The notes beneath the pieces are model-generated. The model saw only the letters and a list, made by a program, of their open reading frames with translations. It was not told the origin of the DNA and ran no database searches. Made by a program: the position numbers and the translations under genes. Positions 13,978-29,378 of a stretch of 64,000 bases of DNA are shown in pieces (position 1 is the first letter of the stretch; every line of letters starts with the position of its first letter). This stretch comes from Callorhinchus milii (lineage: Eukaryota), in contig NW_024704742.1 of the NCBI RefSeq assembly GCF_018977255.1, positions 50,904,001-50,968,000 of the forward strand. Reading direction: 5' to 3'.

Positions 13978-15257
13978 AATATGTGCAGGATGTTCGCATT
14001 TTATGGCAGTGGCACTTTCTATCTACTAGAGCTATTTCTTCTGTGAAAATTAGTTTGAAGATAAGATTAAGTTTAAATGTTCTAAACCCACACCACAAGA
14101 CAACAGACTAATGAGCACTCATCCTGTGTGCAGCTGCACTGTAACCTAACCACAAAGCAATAGAGGTGAACTGCCAAATCTATTCATTTTCTCTCCCCAA
14201 TGACACAGTTGATAATACGATTGCTTAGATTGATAGTCCTCGGTGTGATATTCAGTCTGTTACCTGATCTCAGAAGAGGAAGTAGTGGAGCATTACAATT
14301 TCATCATTGTCCATACTGTCCTTTGGTACCCAATACAATGCAAATTTATATTGATATAGTGCCTTCACCCAGACAAACGTTTTGCCTCAGTGAGGATTGG
14401 CAGGCTCTTTGATCCAGGTGGACATCATAGTTGGGCCCAATCCTGTCCTCTCCAAAACATGCAGACGTGTACATTTTTCAGCAGTAGGTCACTGGCTAAT
14501 GAGTAGGAGCAGACCTGCAAGGTATTTTTCACTTTCCTAGCCCCGGGCAGTGAAGCCAATTATAGGTCTAATCCCAGCCCTCGCTGAGATCAGATAACTC
14601 AGCACAGATTGTGATTCCGCAAAACCTCTGCTTTGTATGGTCTATTACTGCACAGGGCAAGTACACACCTTTATCCTTTAGAATGAATCATTGGGTTATC
14701 TCCAAATGCTGCAAACATCAGTTTGTCTCAGTTGAAAGCATTCTCGTCTATAGGTCAAAGGGTTTGGGATTCAAGCCTCACATAAAGCTTATAAACTAAA
14801 CAGTCTAAGATGATAATTCAACCCAGTGCAGGGAAAGCAATGCATAGATCATTGTTGGCCAGAACTTTGGCAGAAGGTTGGGATTAATAGATTTATGTCT
14901 TAAATTTACCGGTTTGGTCATATTTTAAGTAATTGGCTGAAGAAAGAGGCTGCTGTCCTTTGGGTGAGATGTTAAACCAAGGTTCCCTCAGCCTGTTCAA
15001 AGCTGATGTTAAAAATCACTATTTGAAGAGAGGTGGGAGCTCTGCGAGATTCTGTCAATAATGATCAAGATAAATTGGTCATTCACTTCAGGTGTGTTGG
15101 TGGGGCATTGGTGTGTGCAAATTAATTAACCTACAAATACAGTTTGTGCTACAAATACAATTAACTTCAAAGTGCTTTGATTGATGTCAACATTATAGGT
15201 ACTATATTAAATTCAAAGATTTATGTTATATAAGTAGAAAATGCCATAGCAACAAAC

Positions 15258-15415
15258 CTCATGCCAGCAGCTGTACATGATTTGATAGACCAGGCGAGAT
15301 GCCTGGGATGGTCTGTAGAGCCTCTCACCTCGAGAAATCTCATCAACGACTTCAGCATTTGATTTGTTCTCAAAAGGCATTCTGCCCTCAGTAAAAACTT
15401 CCCACATCAACACAC
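15258..15415 (-). CDS. TXK: TXK exon, C-lobe: [53 protein letters not shown]
   Basis: 158-nt exon. PFENKSN and MYSCWHE match human TXK. Confidence 0.96.
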
Positions 15416-18127
15416 CTGAAGAAAAAGAGAAAAGAGGCACAGGGATTAATATAGAAATAGTCTCTTTACATCCTCCTGGTTTGAAGTGTGGAAATATATT
15501 TCCATATGTAACTGAATTAGGAGTGGATGATTATTCCATTGTTACAAGAATAGGATTCAGGCTTATTGGATTTAGATGTAGATTTATTGAAGGAATATTA
15601 TGTCCCTTTTGCTTTCCTCAGATGTGAACAGGCTTCAGATGGTTGAGCAACAGATAGGAGATCATTTGCAATCCTACCACATTTTGTTCTAACTTCTATA
15701 TGTTTTCTGTGACGTGATGGAACACATTTGGATTCTGATCCTCAATCTCCTGTAAAGTTTGCAGCATGCCTGTGAGATGTGGAAAACAATCCAGATACTG
15801 TTTCCGTTCCTTGATTGTGTTCTTTGTTTGCAATTGTCCAGCGAGGAGACTTCTCACAGCGATAGCTCAGAATGGCTAATGTTTTTGAAATCAAACGTGT
15901 TGTCTTGCAGACCTTTTTTTTTTACACAGATTTGGCTTCATATCTCTCAAAAGAGAGGCTTTGTTTTCAAATTGGTCATTCTTGGGGAGTAAACTTCAAT
16001 ATAACGCCAATCAGGTGTGATTTCAAGAGGAAGAATTGTGCTGCTTCACATCAGAAGGCACAAATTACCAATACAACCTTGAGTGTTCAAAAATAGGAGA
16101 GCAGAAATGACGTCAATTACATAGAATGTGACTAAATCAGTCAATATAGCAGTAAATTTAAACCCTAAACCTATTAATCCCAACCCTCCTTTTCAGCCTC
16201 ACAAGTCAGAGATGTTCTGTGATGTTCTATGATTCCAGTGTCTGTGAACCATTTCTACACTATTGGACATATCAGCTAAACATTGTTTTGAGATTTAACT
16301 ACTGTGCTCCTTTCCAAATTGGACATGACAAGATATTTATGGGCATGGAGCAAGCAGATAGTGTTGGAATTAGTTCAAGTAATCTAGCATGAAGAATTCT
16401 TCCCTTTGATAAACAAAGTCTTATTTTTTTTAAATTGGTCAGCTGGATGTCTGACAAATGAAAATCCATCACAACGCTTAAGAGTATCCAAACCAACTGA
16501 GATTGCCAGGATCCCTACTACACATGCAAATCTCAGAGATAGATCGTTGGAATGGAATGCACACTCTCTCCCTGAACGGACACATCCTGCCCACCTAATT
16601 CATTTGTAAGATGTGCATTGCACATGATTAAGGGACAAAATGTACCCGTACAATAATGAGGTGGTAATGATCAGATAAGGTACAGGATTTTTCAAGTAAT
16701 CTTCAAGACTGTTGTTGCTATGGATTTAACATAGTACAACTCGTGATTATACAGGGCTTTCAAATGTTTTATTCAATGTCAAAAAAGCACTTTTGCCATT
16801 CATAACATTTTATCTATTTGAAATACCACAATCTTTCTGCTATACGTCTTTATTAACAACCACAATGTCCTATATTTAATTTCGATCCCCTTGTGGGAAA
16901 TAGAATGAGTCAGCTTGATGGTCTAAAATTTTATTCAGACAGAAACTAAGCCAAGTTCAAATAAGGGTAGAGGGAATGTTAAGAGAAACCTGATCTGAGT
17001 TTATGATTTTAAAAAGTTCAAAGATAAAATTTGACACTGTTTGAAATAAGAACTGTGAAATCTAACACAAATTAAACTTATAACATAATCGATGCAAATC
17101 TCAATTCATTGGTAATGTAATACTGTAATGTGATACTGTAGTTAAGTGTACAATCTGTGTGGGAGGGAGGAGAGGAAAGATGAGGGGGATGAATGGAACA
17201 CACCTTTGAGGTGTGAAATTGCCCCCAGTCTTTCTCTGTTATTTTGCATAGTCTGAATTTGGAAGCTTTTTTTTAAAAAAGAACTTCAGAAACTGACTTC
17301 CAAATTAAGACTGAATTTAAGAATTTATCACAATCCTGCATAATCTTACATTTAAGGCAAAATGGTCTAACCCTCTAAGATTTGATGAAATATTGCTTCA
17401 ATGATGTCTTGTCAGAGTTTTCACAGCTTGTGTGAAATTTTCTGAAGGGAGCATTTTTTTAAAAAAATGTGAGAACTCAAAACTAGCCTTTGTATATTTG
17501 GACAATGAAAGGTAAACAAGCATTTTTTTATTTTGCTAGTTTTGCCTCAATGATAAATATTAGCTAGATTATTTTTAATTAATATAGATAAACTAGACAT
17601 CAGGAAAAAATAATAATATAATAATAATCCTTGCATTTGATATAGTGCCTTTATCTTCGAGATGTCTCAAAGCACTTCACAGAATATATTGTAAAGTGAA
17701 TTGACTGTATATTTTGTGCTCGGAGGATGGGATGGAGGAAGTATATTTAGTTGAGAACTAATTTTAGCCTCGGCTCCAATCATTATAATCTTTATTAACA
17801 AATAAGAGTGTACTGAGCAGAGTGGAAATATTAATACCATGACTGAGTCACTGAAACAGACTTGGTTGTCTGTGACCACACCACAAAGAGCACTGAGCTC
17901 TAAATTGCAGGGATGGACATATTACTTCAGAGACTGACACCGTACTGAACATTATTTACTCATGATTCTAATATTCTGATTCCAAATTAGCCTCAGGTTC
18001 AGGTTAATTTTAATCAAACAAATATGGGCTGATTTAAATCTGAATGAGAATGCTATGAGGCTATTTAGCCTTTCTCCCTACCCTCTCATTAGTGAAACAG
18101 GACCTTCGTTTTAAATAAATTCAGGAA

Positions 18128-18365
18128 GTAATAATAATAATAATCCTTGCATTTGCATTTGCATCTTCTAGATGTGTCAAAGCGCTTCACAGAATAGACT
18201 ATAAAGTGAATTGACTGCATATTTGTGGACAAAATGCGGCAGCCAATTGCGCACAGCAGTGTCCCACAAACAGTCGCGGATTGAAATGACCAATTTATTC
18301 TTTTTTTTGAGGGATTATTATCAGACGTGTGGAATAAGGAAACTTGCCCAAGGTTTCACCCTGCG
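18128..18365 (-). mobile_element. SINE, 5'-truncated
   Basis: (TAA)n-tccttgcatttg tail and shared body. Confidence 0.8.
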
Positions 18366-18445
18366 GTGAGTTAACGCCAAATTCGGGTTTTAAAAGAGTG
18401 TGAGAGGAATGTAATATTGTAGGAGACAAGCAGTGCAGGAAACTA

Positions 18446-19187
<742 letters not shown>

Positions 19188-20264
19188 GATATAGCTCCGT
19201 TCACAACCAATTTTAAATGCAAATTGAGAAAGTAAATCCAGACCAATGCTTTCAGATATACCAAGGCAAAGGATAAGTCAACAGGGAACATTTGTTTAGA
19301 TAAAGGGTAATTGATGACTGGAACAAGTCAATCAGAATGATGGTTTTGGCTGGGACACTGGACACATTTAGAAACAGCTTGATGCTGTGATGGGAGGACA
19401 ATTCAGAGTGGGTATTGTGGAAGGATGAGATCAAATATCTTCATCAGAGCTTCTCTTGTGACCTTTAAACTTCCAGTCAGAGAGATGGTAGCTTTACACT
19501 GAGTATTTTGTTCAGCAAAAAGTCACAGTCACGCTAACTGTTGATCGAGGGTGCAACCGGATTTATAGACATCAGCTTGAAAACAATGTCAAAGGAAGGT
19601 GTTCACTTCTGGCACATCTGGGTAATTCCTATTTGATATTTTGGGAATCTCCATATTCAAGTTGCTATATTTAATGTTAGACCCCATGACCAGATTTAAG
19701 TTTCAAAATAATTTCATTTTGCAGTTGATGTCCAATGATTAGGCTTTAATGTTTGACATTTGCAGACACTCTTGAGGCTTGGAACCCAAACTTGGTGAAA
19801 CCCAGACTAACCACTAACAGGAAATATTTTTTATGACATGCATTCTACACTTGCTTAGAAATAGGACACTATATTATATGAACTTTCTCATAAAGTCAGA
19901 CATCAATACCCGGATGAACCTTAACGTTCTTCACCAAAATGTTAACAAAGGGTAAAAGTCAAAAGTTTGTTCACAACACTGAGGTTCATCACAAAACAAT
20001 TGTTAAAAATAACCATTTTTTTTTATCCCTATGTTGCAGCCATTCAACATAAGGAGACCCTGCTTGCCTCCCCCAAAGGAGGATAGTCAACAACAACAAC
20101 AACTTGCATTTATATAGTGCTCCTCACACAGGGTAGCATCCCAGATTGCTTTCTCAATTGCATTTAATCACTAGTTAGTCATTCAACACAATGACAATAA
20201 ATTCACTGATGTTCACTATCCTCAAATGGTAACAACCAAAATCCAGGCGGGTGGCAAGACCTAC

Positions 20265-20329
20265 CTTGTCATTCCAAAATCAGATACTTTCACCATATTC
20301 TTCTCAGTCACCAAACAGTTTCTGGCAGC
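20265..20329 (-). CDS. TXK: TXK exon, kinase: AARNCLVTEKNMVKVSDFGMT(R)
   Basis: 65-nt exon with the DFG motif, tag/gtaggt. Confidence 0.96.
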
Positions 20330-20863
20330 CTAGTTATAAACCAAAGAACAGAATTATGATTAATACTAAACTGGATATCAGACAATGGATTATTGATAGA
20401 GGATTGTTTGGTTTCTCAGGACCATAAGTATGGGTCTGAAGTCTTCCTGGAACACCTCGTAATTAAGCAATAATGATGGTTACTATTACGCACGGGCATT
20501 TCCCTTGACTGGTGGATGAAACTCTCTCTCTCCTTCACCCGTAAAGCAGGACTGTTGATCTGTGCAGACCAATGTACAGCAATTTCTAGCTGAAAAGACT
20601 TTAATGGCAATCTTTAATTTCATTCTCCAGAACATAGGAACTTAGGAATTGCTAGACAAAAAAAGACCAAAGTCCATCTAGTCCGTCTTCTACCATCCTG
20701 GTAGTCGCATGCTACAATATGGTTATTATTATTACAATTATTAGAAATTGAGGGATGTTCAATCCCAAAACAGTATAGGACAAAAATTATCATAAATTCA
20801 GTCCTTATGATAATTATCACATCACACACCATAATCTTTCCAGTGTTACATGTTCTAGGGTTA

Positions 20864-21379
<516 letters not shown>

Positions 21380-22688
21380 TTATACAAACAGATTTAATAA
21401 TCCTAATAATAATCCTTGCATTTGATTATACTGGCTTTCACCTCAGGAGCAGATCTCAAAGATGCTTCACAGGATTTACTGTAAACCGTAGTGACTAAAT
21501 ATTTTTTGTAGGTGAATGCAACAGCCAATTTGTGTACAGCAGTATCCCACAAACAGACAGTGACCAATTTCATCTGGGGTATGTTGGCCAGCACATCAAA
21601 AGAAACTCCCTTCTCTTTTCAAAAGGTGCCATGGAATCTTTAACATCAACCTGAACAGCCAGACAGGGCCTCATTTTAACATTTCATCTGAATGTGACCA
21701 ATTATTGACCATATTTGGCTGATGTTATAAAAGGTTGAATAAATTTGTGTATGTTCATCACACTAGGTAAAAGTGACAATAAACACCAACACGGCAAGTT
21801 CTGAAAAGTGCTTAAACAAAGCAAAGTAATCAATTTAACCTATATATAGATGATATGTAAATATTTCAGTTCTAGTTCATGCTGTAAAGCCACAATAATC
21901 ATTTTCTATGAAATGTAGCCTCACATTACTTCTCCATTTGTTGCTATTTCTTTACATTTTCTTTTGAAATTACCACTGTAAAACACGCTTACTCGTATTT
22001 AATTTGTGATATTCACACAGTACGTTGAAAGGACTAATTGTGACTTCTGGTTTCAAATATTACAATTTGTCTGTGTGAGTGAATCATCCTTATATGGGGA
22101 TGGTAGAGCGATCCAGTGGAAGGGGGCATAATAATAATAAGCCTAACATTTGGAGCACATCCCAAAACGCTTTGTAGGTTATACTACAAAGTGTTGTGTG
22201 GGTGTGTTTTTTTTGAGCAGCCAAGTTGCGTACAGCAAAGTCCCACAATTTTATTTGGGGGGATTGTTGCTGAGGACACCAGGAGAAACTCCCTTCTCTT
22301 TCCGAATAGTGTCATGGGATCTTTATCATCCACTTGATCAGGCAGCCAGGACCTTGGTTTAATGCCTTATCCAAAGGGCAGCAAAGCCATAAAGTCCAAT
22401 CTAGGACAGTCAGACCTGAGGTCAGGAAGCATCTTTATAATCAGGAAGCGTTAGATAATTATTTGGGGAGGACAAGTTTGCAGGGGAGAGAGCGGGGCAG
22501 TGGGATTGAATTGGATAGCTCTGTTCAAAGAGCCGGCACAGAGACGATGGACCGAATGGCCTCCTTCTGTGCTGCATAATTCTATGATTCTACAATCTCT
22601 TCGGCCCCAGAAAGAATCTACCCTGGAAAGCTGTAATCAATAGACACAGACACAAATACTGTACTTGGACAGTAGAAGTGTTAAGGAA

Positions 22689-23007
22689 TAATAATAATAA
22701 TCCTTGCATTTGATATAGCGCTTTTCACGTCGGGAAGACGTCCCAAAGCGCTTTACAGAACACACTGTAAAGTGAATTGACTGTATATTTGTGGGCGAAC
22801 GCGGCAGCCAATTGCGCAGAGCAATGTCCCACAAACAGTCGTAGATTGAAAATTACCAATTTATTATTGTTTTTGGTTTTGGAGGGATTATTATTAGGCT
22901 CTGTGTGGAGTAAGGAAACTTGCCCAAGGTTTCGCCCTCTGCCTGGAATTGAACTCAGGTCTCTCGCTTGCAAAGTGAGTGCTCTAACCACTGGGCTACA
23001 GGACTCC
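22689..23007 (-). mobile_element. Full-length young SINE, L2-like-tail subfamily
   Basis: Near-identical to 31136-31450 and 55434-55753. Confidence 0.9.
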
Positions 23008-23451
23008 ACGAATATGATGAAAAGGCAGGGCATTGGGATTAAAATATCTGACAAGACCTAATAAACTGGTGGAACATGCTTGATGGGCCTAATGGCCTAT
23101 TCCTATCCCTGTGATCCTATGTTTCTAATTTGAGATATTGGCTATCACGTTTTGCCCACAAAATATGGTCAATCCACTTTACAGTATATTCTGTAAAGCG
23201 CTTTGAGATGTCTCCACAATGTGATATATCAAATGCTCGGATTATTATTATTGTCGTTATTACTTTTATATTCACAATTATTTGTTTTGTAAATATCACA
23301 AGTTAGATAGCTTTTGATAATCACAGCTAGAAGTCTCAATTAGCACATCCAAAACAGTTTGCAAATTTCACAGATTAAATCTCATTATGTTTAACACAAG
23401 GACACATACAATTCATGCATAAGGTGGGAAGCAATAACCCAATAATACTTA

Positions 23452-23628
<177 letters not shown>

Positions 23629-24481
23629 TCAAACAAAAAGGATGTTAAAAAGTCCATCTAGAATCATTCTGGTCACACTCTTAATAATTCTTTGAGTATA
23701 ATATTGCAATAATATAGCTTTCAGTATAATATTGGTTAGTATGTGTGAAAAGAAAAGGCCAAGAAAAATTAGAATAAAAAATCTTTGGGAAGACTTTACA
23801 TGTACTCTTGACATTTGAATAGGAGTTGGTCATTTGAGTCCTAAAGCTCAGTGGTCAGAGCACTCGCCTCGCAAGCAAGTGACTTAGGTTCAAATCCCAG
23901 CAGGGTGAAAGATTGGGCAAGTTTCCTTACTCCACATGCCTCTGTTTACCCAGTAGTAAGTAGGAATCCGGTTCTTAGTCGATTGGCAGATCGCTTTTCC
24001 GGGAGTACCATGTAACATGTTATTAAGCTATGGCAACTCTTTATAATTTTAGTCCCATTTCCCCTCTCTTTCACTAAATCCCTTAACACCCTTACTTCCC
24101 AAGTATCTATCATTCTCCTATTAAATACATTGATATCAGAAAATTTAGGAAAGTGAATTTATCTCAAGAGTGAAAAACTGCTGATGATTTTAAGCAATAT
24201 TACAAACAGAAGAAACTTCCATTGTAAACTTCAGAAAAGTTATACTGCTGGTTTAAGTTCCTTTCCAACTGTTTCAAAGTTGAATTTGCTCTTCCGAATT
24301 ATTACTGAATTATAATTTGCCAACACAAAGAACTCAGTGTTTCTCCACATGCATCAGGCCTTTTTTGAGAAGCTTTCACATTTATCTCACACATATAGTT
24401 ATTTAGACTCAGGACGATTGTATTAGGATTTGTGAGAAAATGCAATGAATGGTTAAACAAGAACTAAATATCATACTGTAC

Positions 24482-24556
24482 CAAAACTGAAGCTGGCTGT
24501 AGCAGGAATGCATCTTCCCATTGGTCCAATAGGATATCGGAATCGTGTGACCAGAC
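24482..24556 (-). CDS. TXK: TXK exon, linker: GLVTRFRYPIGPMGRCIPATASFSF
   Basis: 75-nt exon. Resembles human TXK YPVGLMGSCLPATAGFSY. Confidence 0.93.
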
Positions 24557-24764
24557 CTAAAAATGTTATAACATAATAGGAATAAATAAAAGTGATTGTG
24601 ACCACATCAACCACAACTCCAACAACAACAAATCACATTTATGTAGCGTCTTTCATGTCGGGAAGAAGAATATACATTTCATTCCATCATTTGCAGATCA
24701 AATATATAAAGTTTGTCATAGCGAAACTCAATTAGAAAACAAAATATTTTGATTTCAAATATTA

Positions 24765-24965
<201 letters not shown>

Positions 24966-26138
24966 TTACTTCAACTACTATACGCCTTCTTCACTCTGCC
25001 TCAAAGCTCCTGGACTGTCTCTCTTCTCTCTGGACAGCCAAAATAGTTGAGAGAAAATAAACTGACATGATATCATCAATGAGCATAGCCTTTGGGGTTT
25101 ACAACAACAACAACATGCAGGGTAGTGTCCCAGAGCACTTAACAAGCGCTTAACAAGTTGACAAAGTGCTCCTCTTCAAAGCAGCAATGCTAATGGCACT
25201 TCACCCGCAACCCCTTTTACCTCCCCCACTTCACCCCACTCCCCCCCCCAACAGGTACCAACAGGTACCACGATGTTAACTACATTTTCTGCAGGGAGAT
25301 TCATGTATATCACACCAACTCACAAGACTTCAATTCAAAGCAGATCTCGAGTCAGGGATCAAAGAGTTCAGAAATATTTAATCCAACAGAAACTCTGCTC
25401 CTGAGTTAGCTTCTTTCAGACACACAGAGTTGAGTTACTGCGGGTTCATGGTAGTGATATGATCTAATCATTACAAATTATTTGTAAATTCTGTTGCACA
25501 TTTCATGTTTTTGATCCCATTGAAGATTGACTCTTTGGATGGTAAATTTATTGGGAGTTCACTAATCCTTGCCTAGCTTAAGCAAATATATTGCTTAAAT
25601 GTTGTTATATTGATAATATTGCATTTTGTATAGTACATATTTGACCATCGAGATGTCTCAAAGTGCTTCACAGGAGATAGAATAAAGTGGATTGACTGTA
25701 TATTTTGAGGGCAAAAGTATAAGTGATATTAGTAATAAACGTATATAAGTTACAGTAGGGACTTTGAGCTCATTATTTTGGCTGACACAACAGTACAGTT
25801 ATGGGGGAGCACTGTATTGTCAGATGTATCATCCTTCAGATAAAACTTTAAACCAAGGTCCCATTTGCCTTTCAAGTTAAAGATCTCATGGCACTATTCG
25901 AAAAGATAAGGGGGGTTTCTCCTGCTGTCCTCGCTAACAAACCCCAACATAAAATGGGGTCTTTCATGGCTATTTGTGGGACACTGTGTGCAATTTGGCA
26001 GCTGCAGTGGCCTGCAAATAACAATCAGTGCACTTTACAGTAAATCCTGTGAACACTTTGAGATGTTATGATGATATGATAAGGTACTATAATAAATGCA
26101 AGAATTATTGTTATTCACTAACCAACATCCTTACTTAC

Positions 26139-26218
26139 CCTCCAGCTTTGGTGTAAACAGACACTGTATACATCCCATGCTGGCTGGAGTCCCTCACAAT
26201 AAAGGCTCCTTCTTTAGC
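26139..26218 (-). CDS. TXK: TXK exon, SH2: [26 protein letters not shown](G)
   Basis: 80-nt exon. [10 protein letters not shown] as in TXK. Confidence 0.95.
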
Positions 26219-26523
26219 CTGGAAGAAAAAAATACATAAATATCTAATTTATCATAGATACATTGTTTCCAAACCTATTAAAGATTATTAAAGATATTTT
26301 ACTCTTGCAATTATTTAAGACCAGTTTATAAAAAGATCTTGTCAACATCTAGTATAAGAGAACTAACTGACCTATACTGTCCTTTTTGCTTTTGTTACAT
26401 ATGTTTAATGTAATTATTGCAGTTCATTTCCTTAAACTTGACATCTTTGCAAAACTAATTGAAGAGCTTTGAAAAGCAGTTGACTATACATCAGTATAGA
26501 TTTAAGATTTATATCTAGGTTAC

Positions 26524-26578
26524 CTCCTGCCGAAGAAGGTTTTCTGCTTTGGCCCTTGTTATATTTTTGCAAAACCAC
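26524..26578 (-). CDS. TXK: TXK exon, SH2 start: WFCKNITRAKAENLLRQE
   Basis: 55-nt exon. Similar to human TXK WYHRNITRNQAEHLLRQE. Confidence 0.94.
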
Positions 26579-27323
26579 CTGGAGAAAAAAACAAAGTTTT
26601 TTTATTAAACTAATTTCTTTACTTGCATTAATCAATTCTGTGGGATGAAAGTAAGATATGCTGTAATTTCCAGCTGTATAAGCCCTTAGTCAATGACCTG
26701 CTAAGGAAATAGGTGTCAGCTTGGTTCATTCAGTTGAATTTTTGCCTCTGGGTCGGAAGATTGTGGGTTTTATCAGGATTTGTTGGGACACCATCTCGTC
26801 TCACACTTGAGTGCAGTACTGAGAGAGCGTTGGATTGTCCGAGGTACTGTCCTTCCATTAAGATATTAAACTAAAGTCCTGTCTACCTGTTGAGGAATTC
26901 TCCAAAATTCTATACCATTATTCAAAATGAGAAAGGAGTTTCTCTCAGTACCTTGGCCGACAATCTTCCAGGGAGATCAAAAGCACGGTTGAAGAGGAGG
27001 GTCTTGAGATGGGTCTTGAAGGTGGCAAGGGAGGGGCCAAGGCAGAGGGACTGCGGGATGGAGTTCCAACGGGTGAGGGCAGAATGGCAGAAGGCCCTCC
27101 CGCCAATAGTGGGGAAAGCGAGGCGGGGACGTGAAGCAGGCTAGAGCCCGCTAATGGAACAAGTAGCACAAATAGGACGCAATGCATGCTTTTGAGGGGC
27201 AAAATGCATTATCACCCTGAACTAGACACTCAAACAGGAATCATTTAATTGTCAAGATTAGCTATTCTTCTTGGATAACAGCGCTATTAGTGTGCATGAA
27301 AACAAGTCAGATAATGAACTTAC

Positions 27324-27389
27324 TCAAATGCCTGGATATTGTTAGATTTCTTCTCTGTGACATAGTTGCTTGGGATGAATCCTTCATTT
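27324..27389 (-). CDS. TXK: TXK exon, SH3 end: NEGFIPSNYVTEKKSNNIQAF(E)
   Basis: 66-nt exon with the PSNYV motif. Confidence 0.94.
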
Positions 27390-27778
27390 CTGAAAAAAGG
27401 GTCAAATACTTTTATTTATGCCTGTAAATCTGCCAAGAAACTCAAAGTAACAAATTTGATAAATGAACACAATAGAGGCAGAAAGAAAAACAAGATTAGA
27501 ATAAAGTAGATGAGTCAACCAGCTCAGAACCAAGTGAAGGAAAATCGGGACTAGTGAAATGGGTTACAGGGTACTGTGCCTTCTTATGTTCCTAAAATGG
27601 GCTCATGATTTAGTAAAGCTTGGAGTATCCATTTGGAGCAGTCAACATAGACCATTATTGCTTACTCAAGGAAAGGCAGCAATTGGCACCGGTCAAACAA
27701 AAATGCCTATTGGAGGAACCATTCAGCATGATTAATCATAAAATAGCCACCTAAGGAAAGATTCGCTATTCTTCTAAA

Positions 27779-28278
27779 TCCCGAGGTAAGGATTGAGCAA
27801 AAACTGGATCATCCACTGAGGGGAGGAGGTCAACGACTAAGGATACACTAAATGGTACTAGTCAGCATCTGTACAGGGCCCAGCATGTCCATCAGGAGAT
27901 ATTATTTGGAATGAAAGAGGATTGCCATTTTACTGTGGGATGAAACAGCTATGATCATTTTGATTCAAATCACACTGACTATTCAAAAACAAGCAATCCC
28001 CTTTCATTCCATTAATAGTATTTGCAAGTATTCCAACTATTAATTATTCTCCCAGTCATAACTCTTTCACAACACATTGACCCCATTTTTCCCAATATAC
28101 ACTAAGCCTGTGGGTTTGTGCTACTACTTTTAGTTTCAATACTGCTTACTCAGGATAATTCCTAATGGACATGCTGGGCCCTGTACAGATGCTGACTAGT
28201 ACCATTTAGTGTATCCTTAGTCCTTGACCTCCTCCCCTCAGTGGATGTTCCAGTTTTTGCTCAATCTTTATCTCAGGA
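27779..28278. repeat. Long inverted repeat: arms 27779-27897 and 28160-28278, 262-bp spacer
   Basis: 119-bp arms are reverse complements with about 6 mismatches by eye. Confidence 0.9.
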
Positions 28279-29172
28279 GGTACTTTATGACTTAATTATT
28301 ATGACATACAGTAGTACCACATGAAAATGAATAGCTATAGCACAGCAAGATGACACTGTGAACAATCATACTGAACAGCAGCATTAGTGCTCCATAAATT
28401 TTATAAATATTGCTTTGGGTAGGTGGACAGACCAATATTTGGATTCATTCTAAGTTCAATATAAATATTGCCTTTGAATTCAACAATTATATAACAGCAG
28501 TTATGTTAGGAAAAAGTGCTGTATAATAGCATTCCTAATAACAATTTAAGTGCAAATGCAAGGATTATTTAACAATTTAATAAAACAATAATATTACAAT
28601 CCTCAAGATAAAATTTACTTCATGTCTATTGTGGGACTTTGTTGTGAGTAAATTGGCTGTCACGTTTGCCTACAAATATAGAAATCTTTGACCCTCTTTG
28701 AGAAGCTCTCAATGGTAAAAGGTACTATATCAAATTTAATGATTTTTATTAATATTTATCCTATAAGACTATTTACTTCCATGCTGAAGTTGTTTCAAAA
28801 CTATGTATGATCTTGTTTCTACATCAACAACAAATTACATTTGTATAGCGCCTTTCATGTCCGGAGGATGTCCCAAAGCGCTTATTATTATTATTACATC
28901 TACAATAATGTAGATATTGCAGCTGCAATATCTGTTTATTGTAGATACAGATCTACAAATCCATGTCATTCTTAAGTGCTTTTTCCAGTTTGAACTGGGT
29001 GTATGGATTTCATTGAATTGACTCTGCATAACTGATGAGACTTGTATTGAGATGATACTAACAGAATCTGTTTTCCCAAATACCCGTCGCAACTCAAACA
29101 TTGCATCAAATATTATTTCATGAACTACTATATGGTAAAAAGTTAAAAAAATGCAGAAAATATGGTTCCTAC

Positions 29173-29378
29173 CCATGCTTGTCTCTTGCTTTCCACCAGT
29201 GGGGGTCACACTTCTGAAGTATTGTGTATTCCTCGTATTTCCTTAGATTTAACACAGTATCTTCCTGGGCAAAGAAATCATACACTGCTATAACCTTAAG
29301 ATCCCCTTCCTCATCTTCATTATCTGGTGGAGGCGGTGGTGGTTTCCTTCTTGATGGGGCTATCCCATACCTGTTTGG
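29173..29378 (-). CDS. TXK: TXK exon, Pro-rich region and SH3: PNRYGIAPSRRKPPPPPPDNEDEEGDLKVIAVYDFFAQEDTVLNLRKYEEYTILQKCDPHWWKARDKH(G)
   Basis: 206-nt exon with AVYDF and PHWWKARD SH3 motifs, ttcag/gtagga. Confidence 0.93.

Noticed and set aside
22637..22834. Recurrent ORF WDIA.RNWLPRSPTNIQSIHF...YYYY (also at 31214 and 13827)
   Set aside because: Translation of the SINE body, not a gene family.
29370..29372. Alternative TXK acceptor 8 nt inside the 206-nt exon, and alternative donor at 29905
   Set aside because: Not phase-compatible with the neighbouring exons; 29378 and 29909 keep the frame.
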